A DNA stretch of 64,000 nt from a virus. Taxonomy: Duplodnaviria > Caudoviricetes. Below are positions 9,521 through 18,771 of the stretch, piece after piece. The position numbers and the translations under genes were made by a program. The stretch's first letter is position 1, and each line of letters begins with the position of its first letter. Location of the stretch: the IMG/VR virus record IMGVR_UViG_3300025715_000009, positions 128,001 through 192,000 of that record; one strand, written 5' to 3'. The notes under the pieces are model-generated. The model was not told where the DNA came from, made no database searches, and saw only the letters and a program-made list of their open reading frames with translations.

Positions 9521-9561
9521 TCCTCCATTTATATCTTTAATATATCTTTATAAATGGAGGA
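9521..9561 (-). promoter_or_regulatory. RBS-sequestering 13-bp hairpin with TAAAGATA motifs in the loop
   Basis: tcctccatttata (9521-9533) / tataaatggagga (9549-9561) perfect inverted repeat covering the GGAGG of 9165..9515. Confidence 0.75.
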
Positions 9562-9567
9562 GTAAAG

Positions 9568-9798
9568 TTATGATTGTAGTAATTTTTCTTTAGCATTACT
9601 TGAAGTAATTGCATCAACTACTTCATCTGGCAAAAAGATTTCATTCTTTTCAGCAAATGGCGAATCTACATTATAATGTAATCTGGTAATCCACCAACCA
9701 CCATCTGTTTTAAAATACTCAAATTGATAGATGTCTTTTTCAGTTCTTTTTTCAGAGATATATATTTTTTTATTGTCTTCAATTGTCTTATAACTCAT
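9568..9798 (-). CDS. Hypothetical protein (ends AKEKLLQS)
   Basis: ORF track. Confidence 0.65.
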   Translation of the reverse strand: MSYKTIEDNKKIYISEKRTEKDIYQFEYFKTDGGWWITRLHYNVDSPFAEKNEIFLPDEVVDAITSSNAKEKLLQS

Positions 9799-9812
9799 AT
9801 ATTAAAATATGC

Positions 9813-10706
9813 CTATTGTGGTGGCCATTGTACCATTTTAGACGCTGAAACTTCTTCTGGACCCTTTGTGCCAGTAGATATTCTATACATTTCTAATGCC
9901 CAATGTCCATGAGTTTGTTCATATCCAGTAACATCTGGGACACAAATCTGAGCTCTCCACATAAAAAAACTTGGAGATGCATTATCAGAAGCTGATTCTG
10001 TATTTAATTCATCACCCATTGGGGCTGATCCTTCAAAGTTATAATGGGCAAGCCATTGAATAAATGCAATCCATTTATTATTTGTAGGGAGTGTTCGTTT
10101 GGCTACAGTTAAATCCTCTTGAGAAAACTTTTCTATATAACCTGTTCCTGGAGGAGCTACAACAAAGAAATTCATAAATGATCCTTTAGGAGCATTATAA
10201 TAAAACAATGTTCCTTCTTTTATATACACCCAGTCACAAAATCTCCAATCAATTGTTTGCATTTTATATCCAGCAGGAGCATGTTCATTGTCCCATCTAA
10301 GATCATCTGCAGGAGCTGAAAAATCAAATGTAAATGGTGTTCCTTTCCCGACTTCACCTGTTGTTAGATCATCAGCAGCACCTTGAAAAATTGCATCCCA
10401 ATCTGTTTTTCTTGAATCTGATCTTATAACCCATCTTCCCAAGTTATCAACTTCTGTTGGTCGTTGAATCTTTCTAATTAAATCTATTGCTTCAGATTTA
10501 GATAAATCTCTTATACCATCATTTACCTGATAAGATTCTGTTCCAAGCGATATAGCATCTAACAAATCATCTGAAGCTGATAATTCAATAAGTCTAACTT
10601 CATTTCCACCTATATCTAATGCACCATTTGCTGGTATAACTATATCTCCAAGATCTGCTATTACTAAATTTTGATCAGTATAATTTTTAATTATTCTTTG
10701 TGCCAT
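9813..10706 (-). CDS. Virion structural protein with shared N-terminal KN-x-T...DLG module
   Basis: N-terminus similar to 10716, 15802, 18772, 33210 and 42046. Confidence 0.65.
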   Translation of the reverse strand: MAQRIIKNYTDQNLVIADLGDIVIPANGALDIGGNEVRLIELSASDDLLDAISLGTESYQVNDGIRDLSKSEAIDLIRKIQRPTEVDNLGRWVIRSDSRKTDWDAIFQGAADDLTTGEVGKGTPFTFDFSAPADDLRWDNEHAPAGYKMQTIDWRFCDWVYIKEGTLFYYNAPKGSFMNFFVVAPPGTGYIEKFSQEDLTVAKRTLPTNNKWIAFIQWLAHYNFEGSAPMGDELNTESASDNASPSFFMWRAQICVPDVTGYEQTHGHWALEMYRISTGTKGPEEVSASKMVQWPPQ

Positions 10707-10715
10707 ATTTTACTC

Positions 10716-12596
10716 CTATAATCTTCTTCTTACGTATAATGTTATACATGGTTTTTTAGGCTTTGTATTACCAGAGGCTGATAAATATATATTAATATCA
10801 TCTTCGGCATTAAAATCTATATTTAACCAATCAGCGTTTAAATGTTCATCCCACCCTTGCTGATCCCAATATACTGTTTCTACAACTTGGTCGTTAATTC
10901 TAATTTCAACACTTGCATTTGGAGAGTTTTGACATCTTCCACTAATTCCAATTATTACTCCATTCCACGGCATTGAAAAACCAGTAAGAGAGTTAGTTTG
11001 AGCAGATCCATAATACATATATCCAGATGCACTATTATTATTGTTAGAAAACTGTGCAGCCATAGATGAAAAACTAACCCATTTTGCTCTCACAGGATCT
11101 CTAAACCACATTTCTTGATCTTTGAAACAAATCTCTCCACCTGCAAGCCATTGATTTGGTGTATAATCTATCTCTTTTAATTTTAATGGAGCAAATCCCC
11201 CAGAAGCTCTTAATTCAACTGGACCATAATCAACATCAACAATTCTGCCATTGCCCCAATCCCCATATGCTTCATCTAACGTTGATGCTCCACCGCCTAA
11301 ACCAGAATGTGTGTGGAGCCCATCGGCATTACTTCCATTTGTCAATTGTTCTAACTCAGAACCAGTAACATCAGTTGATGAATCATTTGAACTTATTGTT
11401 GCATAAGTAATTTGAGTTAATTTACAATCAACTTGCTGTTTAGTATAATATCTATCATCATGTGTATGAGATAATAGAGAATATTTATTATCTGATTCGC
11501 TTTCCGTATAATATCTATCATCGTGATTATGACTTATATTAGATTTATTAGATAATAAAGTATCAGCCTCTGTTTCTGTATAATAGCGATTATCTAACTG
11601 CCCATTATTAAGCTGTGTCTTAGTATAATAGTTATTGTTTATTTCTATTTCAGTGTAATATCTATCATCATGATTATGGGTAGATGGAGTAAATGTTGCA
11701 GGCTTATCAACAATATCTGCCCATAAATGATTATGATTAAAATCAGTAATATCTGCTTTAATATGAGTATGAGAAAGTGGAGAAGCGCCTACGTCGCTGT
11801 AATTTAATGTTACAACACCTGTTTTTCCATTAACACTTGTCACAGCATCAAGTGGAGTTAATAGTTCTTGCCATGAAGATATGATGCTATAATCAGAAGA
11901 TTTTAATATAAATGATTTATTAATATCTGTTCTAATTGCAATATCACCAATTTCTGCCGCGTTTATATTTAACATGGCAGATTCACTATTAACAACAAAA
12001 GTATCTGTTATAGCAGTTGCTGGTATTTGATTAACATAAATCTTACCAGAAGAATCTAAAGAAGCAAGTCCATTAATTTGGCCTTTTTTAGAGTTTATTT
12101 GTGTATTAATTGTAGTGTTGATATCTGTAATATCATTTGATACGTGTGTGTGATTTGATGGAAGAAAAGTTTCAGGCTTATTTGTAATATCTGCCCATAA
12201 ATGATCATGTTCAAAATCAGTAATATTTGTTTTAATATGAGTATGATTATTTAAAGAATATATAACATCAGATTGTTCTTTTGTATAATACTTATCATCA
12301 TGGTTGTGATCAAAATCAGATATTTCTGTTCTAATATGTAAGTGTTGTTTTTCTGCAAAAATATCTTCTGCAATTGGCTGTAAAAATACTCTTGATTCAT
12401 TTACAGTTAAATCTTTTGATCCATTATTAACTATTATTGAATTAGATTCTATTGTAGTGAAAAGTTCTTCATTCATACAAAATCTTGATAATTCAGAACT
12501 ATCAATTTGAACGTTTTCATTTTTTAGAATAGTTAATCCTAATGAGCTGATTGTGATATCATTATTTGTATTATTTTTTAATATAATCGTCTTCAT
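10716..12596 (-). CDS. Tail/virion fibre protein with HxH repeats and shared C-terminal domain
   Basis: HNHDDRYYT repeats, VTSVNGKTGVV, TLDEAY...APL module; probable start MKTIILKN. Confidence 0.8.
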   Translation of the reverse strand: MKTIILKNNTNNDITISSLGLTILKNENVQIDSSELSRFCMNEELFTTIESNSIIVNNGSKDLTVNESRVFLQPIAEDIFAEKQHLHIRTEISDFDHNHDDKYYTKEQSDVIYSLNNHTHIKTNITDFEHDHLWADITNKPETFLPSNHTHVSNDITDINTTINTQINSKKGQINGLASLDSSGKIYVNQIPATAITDTFVVNSESAMLNINAAEIGDIAIRTDINKSFILKSSDYSIISSWQELLTPLDAVTSVNGKTGVVTLNYSDVGASPLSHTHIKADITDFNHNHLWADIVDKPATFTPSTHNHDDRYYTEIEINNNYYTKTQLNNGQLDNRYYTETEADTLLSNKSNISHNHDDRYYTESESDNKYSLLSHTHDDRYYTKQQVDCKLTQITYATISSNDSSTDVTGSELEQLTNGSNADGLHTHSGLGGGASTLDEAYGDWGNGRIVDVDYGPVELRASGGFAPLKLKEIDYTPNQWLAGGEICFKDQEMWFRDPVRAKWVSFSSMAAQFSNNNNSASGYMYYGSAQTNSLTGFSMPWNGVIIGISGRCQNSPNASVEIRINDQVVETVYWDQQGWDEHLNADWLNIDFNAEDDINIYLSASGNTKPKKPCITLYVRRRL

Positions 12597-15500
12597 TATT
12601 TTCTCCACGCAAACTCTAATACTGATACCGCTTCTTGCAATGATGATCCTGCTGCATTTACATATATAGATATAACATCATTTGCTGAAAAGTTTATATT
12701 CAATGATGAATTAAATACTCCACCAACAATGCCCATAGTATAAGCAGAAGATTCATTAATGCGAATATCAACATTTTTATTAACACTTGTATTAGATTGT
12801 AAAGTAGCACTTATTATTGTTCCATTTTTAGCCATTCTATACCCAGTAGTAGATGTAGGACATTGTCCAACTGGGCGTAGATTTGTTCCATCTGAAAAAC
12901 CATCTTTTCCAAATAATAATGTCTTAGATGGAGTAAGCCATTTTTCTCTACCACCGTCATAAATATATAATTCATTATCAATAACAGCAATTTGACCTGC
13001 TGCTAAATTAGTAGTAGGCGTAGTTGAACGATTAGTTAATTCTAATGGTGAGTTTGTATTTGTAGATTCTATTTTAACTGGAGCTGTTGATATATTAATT
13101 GTCTTGCCTGCATCATATGCGTCTTGTAAAGTTGAACTTATATTTGCAGTTTTATCATTTAATTCTTCTAATGCATCTTGAACATTGTCTGATGTTAATC
13201 CTACTATTTGATCAATTCCAATATATCCAGCACCAGATGTTGAATTCAACTCTGTCTCTGTGTAATAACGATTATCTAATTGACCATTATTTAATTCTGT
13301 TTTGGTATAATAATTATTATTTATCTCTGTCTCTGTATAATATCTATTATCTAATTGTCCATTGTTTAATTCTGTTTCAGTATAATATCTATTATCTAAT
13401 TGACCATTATCAAGCTGTACTTTTGTATAATATCCAGCTAAAAATCCATCAACTTGTAATTTTGTATATATGTTATTATTTATCTCTGTTTCAGTATAGT
13501 AGCGATCATCATGTGTATGTCCGACATCTGATTTATTACTTAATAAATTATTTACTTCTGTCTCTGTATAATATCTATCATCATGAATATGTCCAACATC
13601 TGATTTATTACTTAATAAATTATTTATTTCAGTTTCAGTATAGTAACGATCATCATGGGTGTGAGTAGATAAAGAATAATTGCTTAATAAGGCATTTATT
13701 TCTGTTTCAGTATAGTAGCGATTATCTAATTGCCCATTGTTTAATTCTGTTTCAGTATAGTAACGATCATCATGATTATGGGTAGATGGAGTGAATGTTG
13801 TAGGCTTATTGGTTAAATTATCCCAATGAACTGAAGATAGCCCAGATGTTTGTAGCTCTGTTTCTGTATAATATCTATCATCATGCGTGTGAGTAATATC
13901 TGATTTATTAGAAAGTAAAGTATCAACTTCCGTTTCTGTATAGTAGCGATCATCGTGAATATGGGTTAATAAAGAATATCTCGCGTCACTTTCACTTTCT
14001 GTATAATAAAGATCATCATGATCATGAACAAGAGGTGAAAATAAAGTATCACATTCTGTTTTAGTATAAACTTCAGTTTTATTGTAATAATTATCTAACA
14101 AATCATCTATTTCAGTTTCAGTATAATATCTATCATCATGCGCGTGAGTAGATAAAGAATAATTATTTAATAATGTATCTACTTCTGTTTCAGTATAATA
14201 TCTATCATCATGTGTATGTCCTAATGTTGATATTTCTATTAAAGATGATCCAATTCCTATTTTCCATTTATCATCCGTTTCATCAAATCTTAAAGCTGCA
14301 TCATCTAATGTTCCTCTATCTATTAAAAGACCAGAATATCCATCTGATATACCTGCTCCTGTCTCACCTGAATTAAGAATTATTTCATTATCACTGACAG
14401 TTAAATCTGTTGAATTGATTGTTGTCAATGTTCCTTGAATTGTTACATCACCAGAAAATGTTTTATTTCCAGTGATAGTTTCATTTCCAGCAATATGAAC
14501 ATAATCACTCTCATTAAAATTTGTTATATTAGATTTTGTATGAGTATGATTAGATAGTGAAAAACTTGTTGAATCATATACTGATGATGCTATTTTTGAT
14601 CCATCATATATTAAAAACTTGTTGCTTGTATAAGCAGTGTTATTTGTTCCACCTCTTGCTATAACTAATGTTCCTGAAGTTATATTTGCTGCAGAGTGAT
14701 TGTGAGATGCTGAAGCAAACGATGAATTAGAATATGATGTTGATGCAAGCTTTGTTCCATCAAACGCAATAAATCTTGCTGATGTATAAGTGGTGTTGTT
14801 TGTTCCACCTCTAACAATTGGTAATATACCAGAAGTAATATCATCAGCAGAATGCGTGTGAATAGCTTGAGCAAAAGAAGAGATATTAACTGCTGCATCA
14901 GATAAACTACCATCTGATGTCTGAATTACAAAATTATTAACAACAGGAGAAGATACCTTATTTATTTTACTACTTAAAAAGACATCAGATCCTGTTTCAG
15001 TATAATAGCGATTATCTAATTGACCACTGTTTAATTCAGTTTCTGTATAATAACGATCATCGTGGATGTGAGTAGATAGAGAATAGTTGTTTAATAAAGT
15101 ATCAATTTCAGTTTCAGTATAATATCTATCATCATGGATGTGTCCAACATCTGATTTATTATCTAACAGGTCGTTAATCTCTGTTTCTGTGTAATATCTA
15201 TTATCATGTGTATGGGTGATGTCTGATTTGTTAGAAAGTAGAGTATCAACTTCAGTTTCTGTATAATAGCGATTATCTAATTGCCCATTATTTAATTCTA
15301 TCTTTGTATATATATTAGTATCTATTTCTGTTTCTGTATAATATCTGTCATCATGGTTATGAGCCGATGGAGTAAAGGTTGCTGGAACATTTGTTAAATT
15401 GTCCCAATGAACTAAGGATGATCCTGATGTTGATAATTCATTTTTTCTATAATACCAAGTATCATGATGATGCCATGAAGAGTGGCTGCCACCTGTTAAA

Positions 15501-15787
15501 GATTGGGCTTGTTGATCTGTAAGATTATTTACTTCAGCCCCTGGCTCTATTGTATCTAATTTTTCGCCATCTTGACTTACATCTCTTCCATCTATTATCA
15601 TAGTATGAGGATCATTTTGATGCGCAATGGTTCGCATAATAGATGTTGGAATTTGATTATCATCTAATGTACCAGTATGAACAGTTATATCATTCAAAGC
15701 ATGTGGATCAACTTGTATTTCTACTGGGAAGCGTTTAGATATTTTATTAATTCTTACGCCATCTATTGATACGATATCATAAGCCAT
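12596..15787 (-). CDS. Long fibre protein with many HxHDDRYYTETE repeats
   Basis: Tandem repeats, GxLPIxRGGT repeats, shared C-terminal domain ending FAWRK. Confidence 0.85.
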   Translation of the reverse strand: MAYDIVSIDGVRINKISKRFPVEIQVDPHALNDITVHTGTLDDNQIPTSIMRTIAHQNDPHTMIIDGRDVSQDGEKLDTIEPGAEVNNLTDQQAQSLTGGSHSSWHHHDTWYYRKNELSTSGSSLVHWDNLTNVPATFTPSAHNHDDRYYTETEIDTNIYTKIELNNGQLDNRYYTETEVDTLLSNKSDITHTHDNRYYTETEINDLLDNKSDVGHIHDDRYYTETEIDTLLNNYSLSTHIHDDRYYTETELNSGQLDNRYYTETGSDVFLSSKINKVSSPVVNNFVIQTSDGSLSDAAVNISSFAQAIHTHSADDITSGILPIVRGGTNNTTYTSARFIAFDGTKLASTSYSNSSFASASHNHSAANITSGTLVIARGGTNNTAYTSNKFLIYDGSKIASSVYDSTSFSLSNHTHTKSNITNFNESDYVHIAGNETITGNKTFSGDVTIQGTLTTINSTDLTVSDNEIILNSGETGAGISDGYSGLLIDRGTLDDAALRFDETDDKWKIGIGSSLIEISTLGHTHDDRYYTETEVDTLLNNYSLSTHAHDDRYYTETEIDDLLDNYYNKTEVYTKTECDTLFSPLVHDHDDLYYTESESDARYSLLTHIHDDRYYTETEVDTLLSNKSDITHTHDDRYYTETELQTSGLSSVHWDNLTNKPTTFTPSTHNHDDRYYTETELNNGQLDNRYYTETEINALLSNYSLSTHTHDDRYYTETEINNLLSNKSDVGHIHDDRYYTETEVNNLLSNKSDVGHTHDDRYYTETEINNNIYTKLQVDGFLAGYYTKVQLDNGQLDNRYYTETELNNGQLDNRYYTETEINNNYYTKTELNNGQLDNRYYTETELNSTSGAGYIGIDQIVGLTSDNVQDALEELNDKTANISSTLQDAYDAGKTINISTAPVKIESTNTNSPLELTNRSTTPTTNLAAGQIAVIDNELYIYDGGREKWLTPSKTLLFGKDGFSDGTNLRPVGQCPTSTTGYRMAKNGTIISATLQSNTSVNKNVDIRINESSAYTMGIVGGVFNSSLNINFSANDVISIYVNAAGSSLQEAVSVLEFAWRK
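13250..15360 (-). repeat. Coding tandem repeats (HDDRYYTETE / NNGQLDNRYYTETE)
   Basis: Repeated gtttcagtataatatctatcatcatg-like units, in frame in 12596..15787, in two blocks separated by a non-repeat section. Confidence 0.85.
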
Positions 15788-15801
15788 TCTTATTCCCCAT
15801 A

Positions 15802-16308
15802 TTAAGTGGTAATTGTTTCAATTGAAATTACATCACCATCTAATCTATTTATTATTTGTGTTTCTGTTTGTAAAATAACACCATTTTCATATTGTCTTTT
15901 AATCATCTGAATAACATCACCCTCATTATTACGAACAATTTCATCTTCTCTTATCTTTACAGCAAGTGTATTATCTTTGTAATAAACTATTTTTTTAACA
16001 TCATCATTTATATCTCTTTCTACTTGAAAGAAAGATTGTTCAGATAATTCATGCTTCAAGGTGTTTAATTTCCCATGCTTATACTCTGATAGACCAGTAA
16101 GAGATTGAATTATTTGTACAAGTGTTGCATCTTCATTATCTAACATAAAAGATATTAATGAACTATTATATAATGGTTCTAAATCTTGTGATTGAACTAT
16201 TTCTTGTGGAGAAAAACATTCCAACAAATTAACCTGTTGATTTAATTCTAATTCTAATCCAAGATCATTAATCATAACAGAATCTAAACTTTTTAAAATT
16301 ATTTCCAT
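15802..16308 (-). CDS. Virion structural protein with shared N-terminal DLG module
   Basis: MEIILKSLDSVMINDLGLEL...EIVQSQDL parallels the 18772 N-terminus. Confidence 0.6.
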   Translation of the reverse strand: MEIILKSLDSVMINDLGLELELNQQVNLLECFSPQEIVQSQDLEPLYNSSLISFMLDNEDATLVQIIQSLTGLSEYKHGKLNTLKHELSEQSFFQVERDINDDVKKIVYYKDNTLAVKIREDEIVRNNEGDVIQMIKRQYENGVILQTETQIINRLDGDVISIETITT

Positions 16309-16727
16309 ACAAACTTTCCATCTTTTATTATATATAAATCACTATTAAAATGATCAATGTATATATTTTCTATTTTATAGTTTTTTACACTTACAACTGT
16401 TTGGAACATTTCTGTCTCTTCATCAACTTCACCACTTAATCCTACATGAAATTGAAAATTACCATTTACAATATCCATTAAATTATCTGTATCCCAATAG
16501 TCATAATGCCAATTTTTCTTATTATAATTATCACCATAAAGTATAAAATTATGACCGCGTATTGTTTTTTCTTTCATGTATACTTTATTCATTATTTGTT
16601 GCATTGAATAGTGTATAGGAAAATAAGTTAACCAATCAGGGTCTAAATCTTGATAACCTTTTAAATTACCAGATAATTCGCCAGAGAAAATCAAATCTAA
16701 TATGATTTTTATATATTTATATCTCAT
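16299..16727 (-). CDS. Hypothetical protein
   Basis: ORF track. Confidence 0.6.
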   Translation of the reverse strand: MRYKYIKIILDLIFSGELSGNLKGYQDLDPDWLTYFPIHYSMQQIMNKVYMKEKTIRGHNFILYGDNYNKKNWHYDYWDTDNLMDIVNGNFQFHVGLSGEVDEETEMFQTVVSVKNYKIENIYIDHFNSDLYIIKDGKFVWK

Positions 16728-17010
16728 ATAGATCCATGTCCTTGGGATGACGAGAGATATAATTTTTTATATAACCTTTCATCCATGTCTCTCGTCTTTG
16801 TTTGTGAAAATCTTTTTCGGCTTTTTCTGCAAATTTTTCAACTTCATCATTTGTAGTTGTGTGAACAACATCAGACGAAAAATGTATATCTTGTATTTCT
16901 TTGGGTGTTTTCTTTGCTCCCCAAATTTTCTTTAACATTTCTTGTGGTATATTCTTAAAATATATGCTATCTCTTTCACTTGTTCTTGTGAATCCAGGAT
17001 TTGTTGTCAT
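16717..17010 (-). CDS. Hypothetical protein
   Basis: ORF track. Confidence 0.65.
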   Translation of the reverse strand: MTTNPGFTRTSERDSIYFKNIPQEMLKKIWGAKKTPKEIQDIHFSSDVVHTTTNDEVEKFAEKAEKDFHKQRRETWMKGYIKNYISRHPKDMDLYEI

Positions 17011-17456
17011 TAAATAACCTCTTTTATTATTTTTCTATAATTTGGATCTATTTTTTTATATTCAACTTCAATTGAATCATTTTCAAGACAATATCCACCA
17101 AAATGATAACAAATTAATCGCATTATTACAGTTGATAGTCCCCATTTTCCTATGGATATTCTCAATCCTTTTGTTTTATCTGGTAGTTTATTATTTTTAA
17201 TATGTAAATAATCATCTGTATCTGTATAATTCCACCCTTCTTGCTTTGCTTTTTGTTTTGCCTTAATAGAATTAATTTCCATATTTTGCATCGTCAATTT
17301 ACGATCTTCACCATAAAAATTAAAATTTATATAGTGTATAAACCTATCACCTATATCTACTTTAGATTGACTTGCTTTATTATCAAATATGTAAATAAAT
17401 TTATATAATGAATCGAGTTTTAATTCAGGACAATATAATATTGTATTTACACTCAT
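17010..17456 (-). CDS. Hypothetical protein
   Basis: ORF track. Confidence 0.65.
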   Translation of the reverse strand: MSVNTILYCPELKLDSLYKFIYIFDNKASQSKVDIGDRFIHYINFNFYGEDRKLTMQNMEINSIKAKQKAKQEGWNYTDTDDYLHIKNNKLPDKTKGLRISIGKWGLSTVIMRLICYHFGGYCLENDSIEVEYKKIDPNYRKIIKEVI

Positions 17457-18409
17457 GATCTATCCCTAAATAATTTTCTAATAACTATGTGATAATTATC
17501 CTCTACTGATGCATAAAATTTAGCAAAAAAATTATCCATATTTGACAACATATTTTCTTGATTTTTCTTCCAAGATACATAATTTTTAACTTCTTTTTGA
17601 TCACCATATCCACCTGTTGCTGTATTTGGTTCTGCTAAAATAAATCTTAACCATGCACCATCACTCATTGTGCCATATGACACAAGTAAATAACCAAGAC
17701 TATTTGCTCTTGGAATTATTTTATCAAATAATTTTTGTATTTCTTTTACTTGATGTGTAAATATTTTTCTATCAGTAATATTTTCATCCATATCCTCTCT
17801 TGGGTGGGCTTCAAATGATATATATTTTTCATTTTTATTAAAAATCAATAATATATTTTTCTTTTTTGCAAATTCTATAAGAGGCGTAAAAATATTCTTC
17901 TTTTTTTCATTCTTCTCATGTTTATATAAAACGTCCCATCTATTGCTTTTTTCTTCTTTTGATTTAACCAACAAATCCCCTATTTTATTTATAGAAGAGA
18001 CTATTGGGTTGAGAACATCACTAACAGATTGTCTAAGATCTCCTTCACTACTTTTAACTGTATTATAATATACATCGCTTTTAATTTTTATTTTTGTGCC
18101 TGTAATATAAAAATATATATCTAATGGTATTTCTTTATATGATTTATATTCACAATCTTTAAACTCTATTTTGTTTGTATTTGCTGAATCAAACCATTTG
18201 TTTTTAGTATTATGAATATCATCTTTTCTAAATGTATCTATTGCACCTTGTACTTGATGATATGGTATTTTCCATCCGCTTTTCTCAAGTAAATAAAATA
18301 ATGCACGAGCAAATTTAACTGGCTGTTCTTGAATCACATCCAAGGCACTTTTATCGAGTATTCTCTCTATTTGCTTTGTTCTTGATTCTGTTAGTTTATC
18401 CAAGATCAT
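17453..18409 (-). CDS. Hypothetical protein with type-B C-terminal signature (HIVIRKLF)
   Basis: ORF track. Confidence 0.7.
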   Translation of the reverse strand: MILDKLTESRTKQIERILDKSALDVIQEQPVKFARALFYLLEKSGWKIPYHQVQGAIDTFRKDDIHNTKNKWFDSANTNKIEFKDCEYKSYKEIPLDIYFYITGTKIKIKSDVYYNTVKSSEGDLRQSVSDVLNPIVSSINKIGDLLVKSKEEKSNRWDVLYKHEKNEKKKNIFTPLIEFAKKKNILLIFNKNEKYISFEAHPREDMDENITDRKIFTHQVKEIQKLFDKIIPRANSLGYLLVSYGTMSDGAWLRFILAEPNTATGGYGDQKEVKNYVSWKKNQENMLSNMDNFFAKFYASVEDNYHIVIRKLFRDRS

Positions 18410-18710
18410 TATGTCCTTTAGAAAAATTTATTTTATCTATTTCAAAAATTCTTTTAATGAAAAATCTTAATCTATTTTGTTTTTCTTCAATTTTCCAATC
18501 TTTGACAGTATTAAGTATTTGTTTTTTATCAGACCAAGTATAAATAAATTCTTTTTGAAAACAAACTTCATCATCTGCAATATAAAATCTTCTTAAATTC
18601 ATTGAATTAGAGGTTATTGATTTAATATATAAACAATTGTATATATATATTGTATTACCATCATAGGAATAAAAAAATGTCATCCCAGGTTTAATATCAT
18701 CAAACTTCAT
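18396..18710 (-). CDS. Hypothetical protein with type-B signature (RFFIKRIF)
   Basis: ORF track; GGAGG RBS. Confidence 0.7.
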   Translation of the reverse strand: MKFDDIKPGMTFFYSYDGNTIYIYNCLYIKSITSNSMNLRRFYIADDEVCFQKEFIYTWSDKKQILNTVKDWKIEEKQNRLRFFIKRIFEIDKINFSKGHNDLG

Positions 18711-18714
18711 TAAA

Positions 18715-18746
18715 AAACCTCCATGATTATCTTATCATGGAGGTTT
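18715..18746 (-). terminator. 13-bp hairpin acting as terminator and RBS-sequestering stem, with AAGATAAT across the loop
   Basis: aaacctccatgat-tatctt-atcatggaggttt; T-tract then ATG on the minus strand. Confidence 0.8.
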
Positions 18747-18771
18747 AAATAGTTATACTTTAATTAAAAAA

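Noticed and set aside
13099-15360. Regularly spaced DNA repeats resembling a CRISPR array
   Set aside because: The repeats are in-frame coding units (HDDRYYTETE) with synonymous variation and no unique spacers; no cas genes are present.
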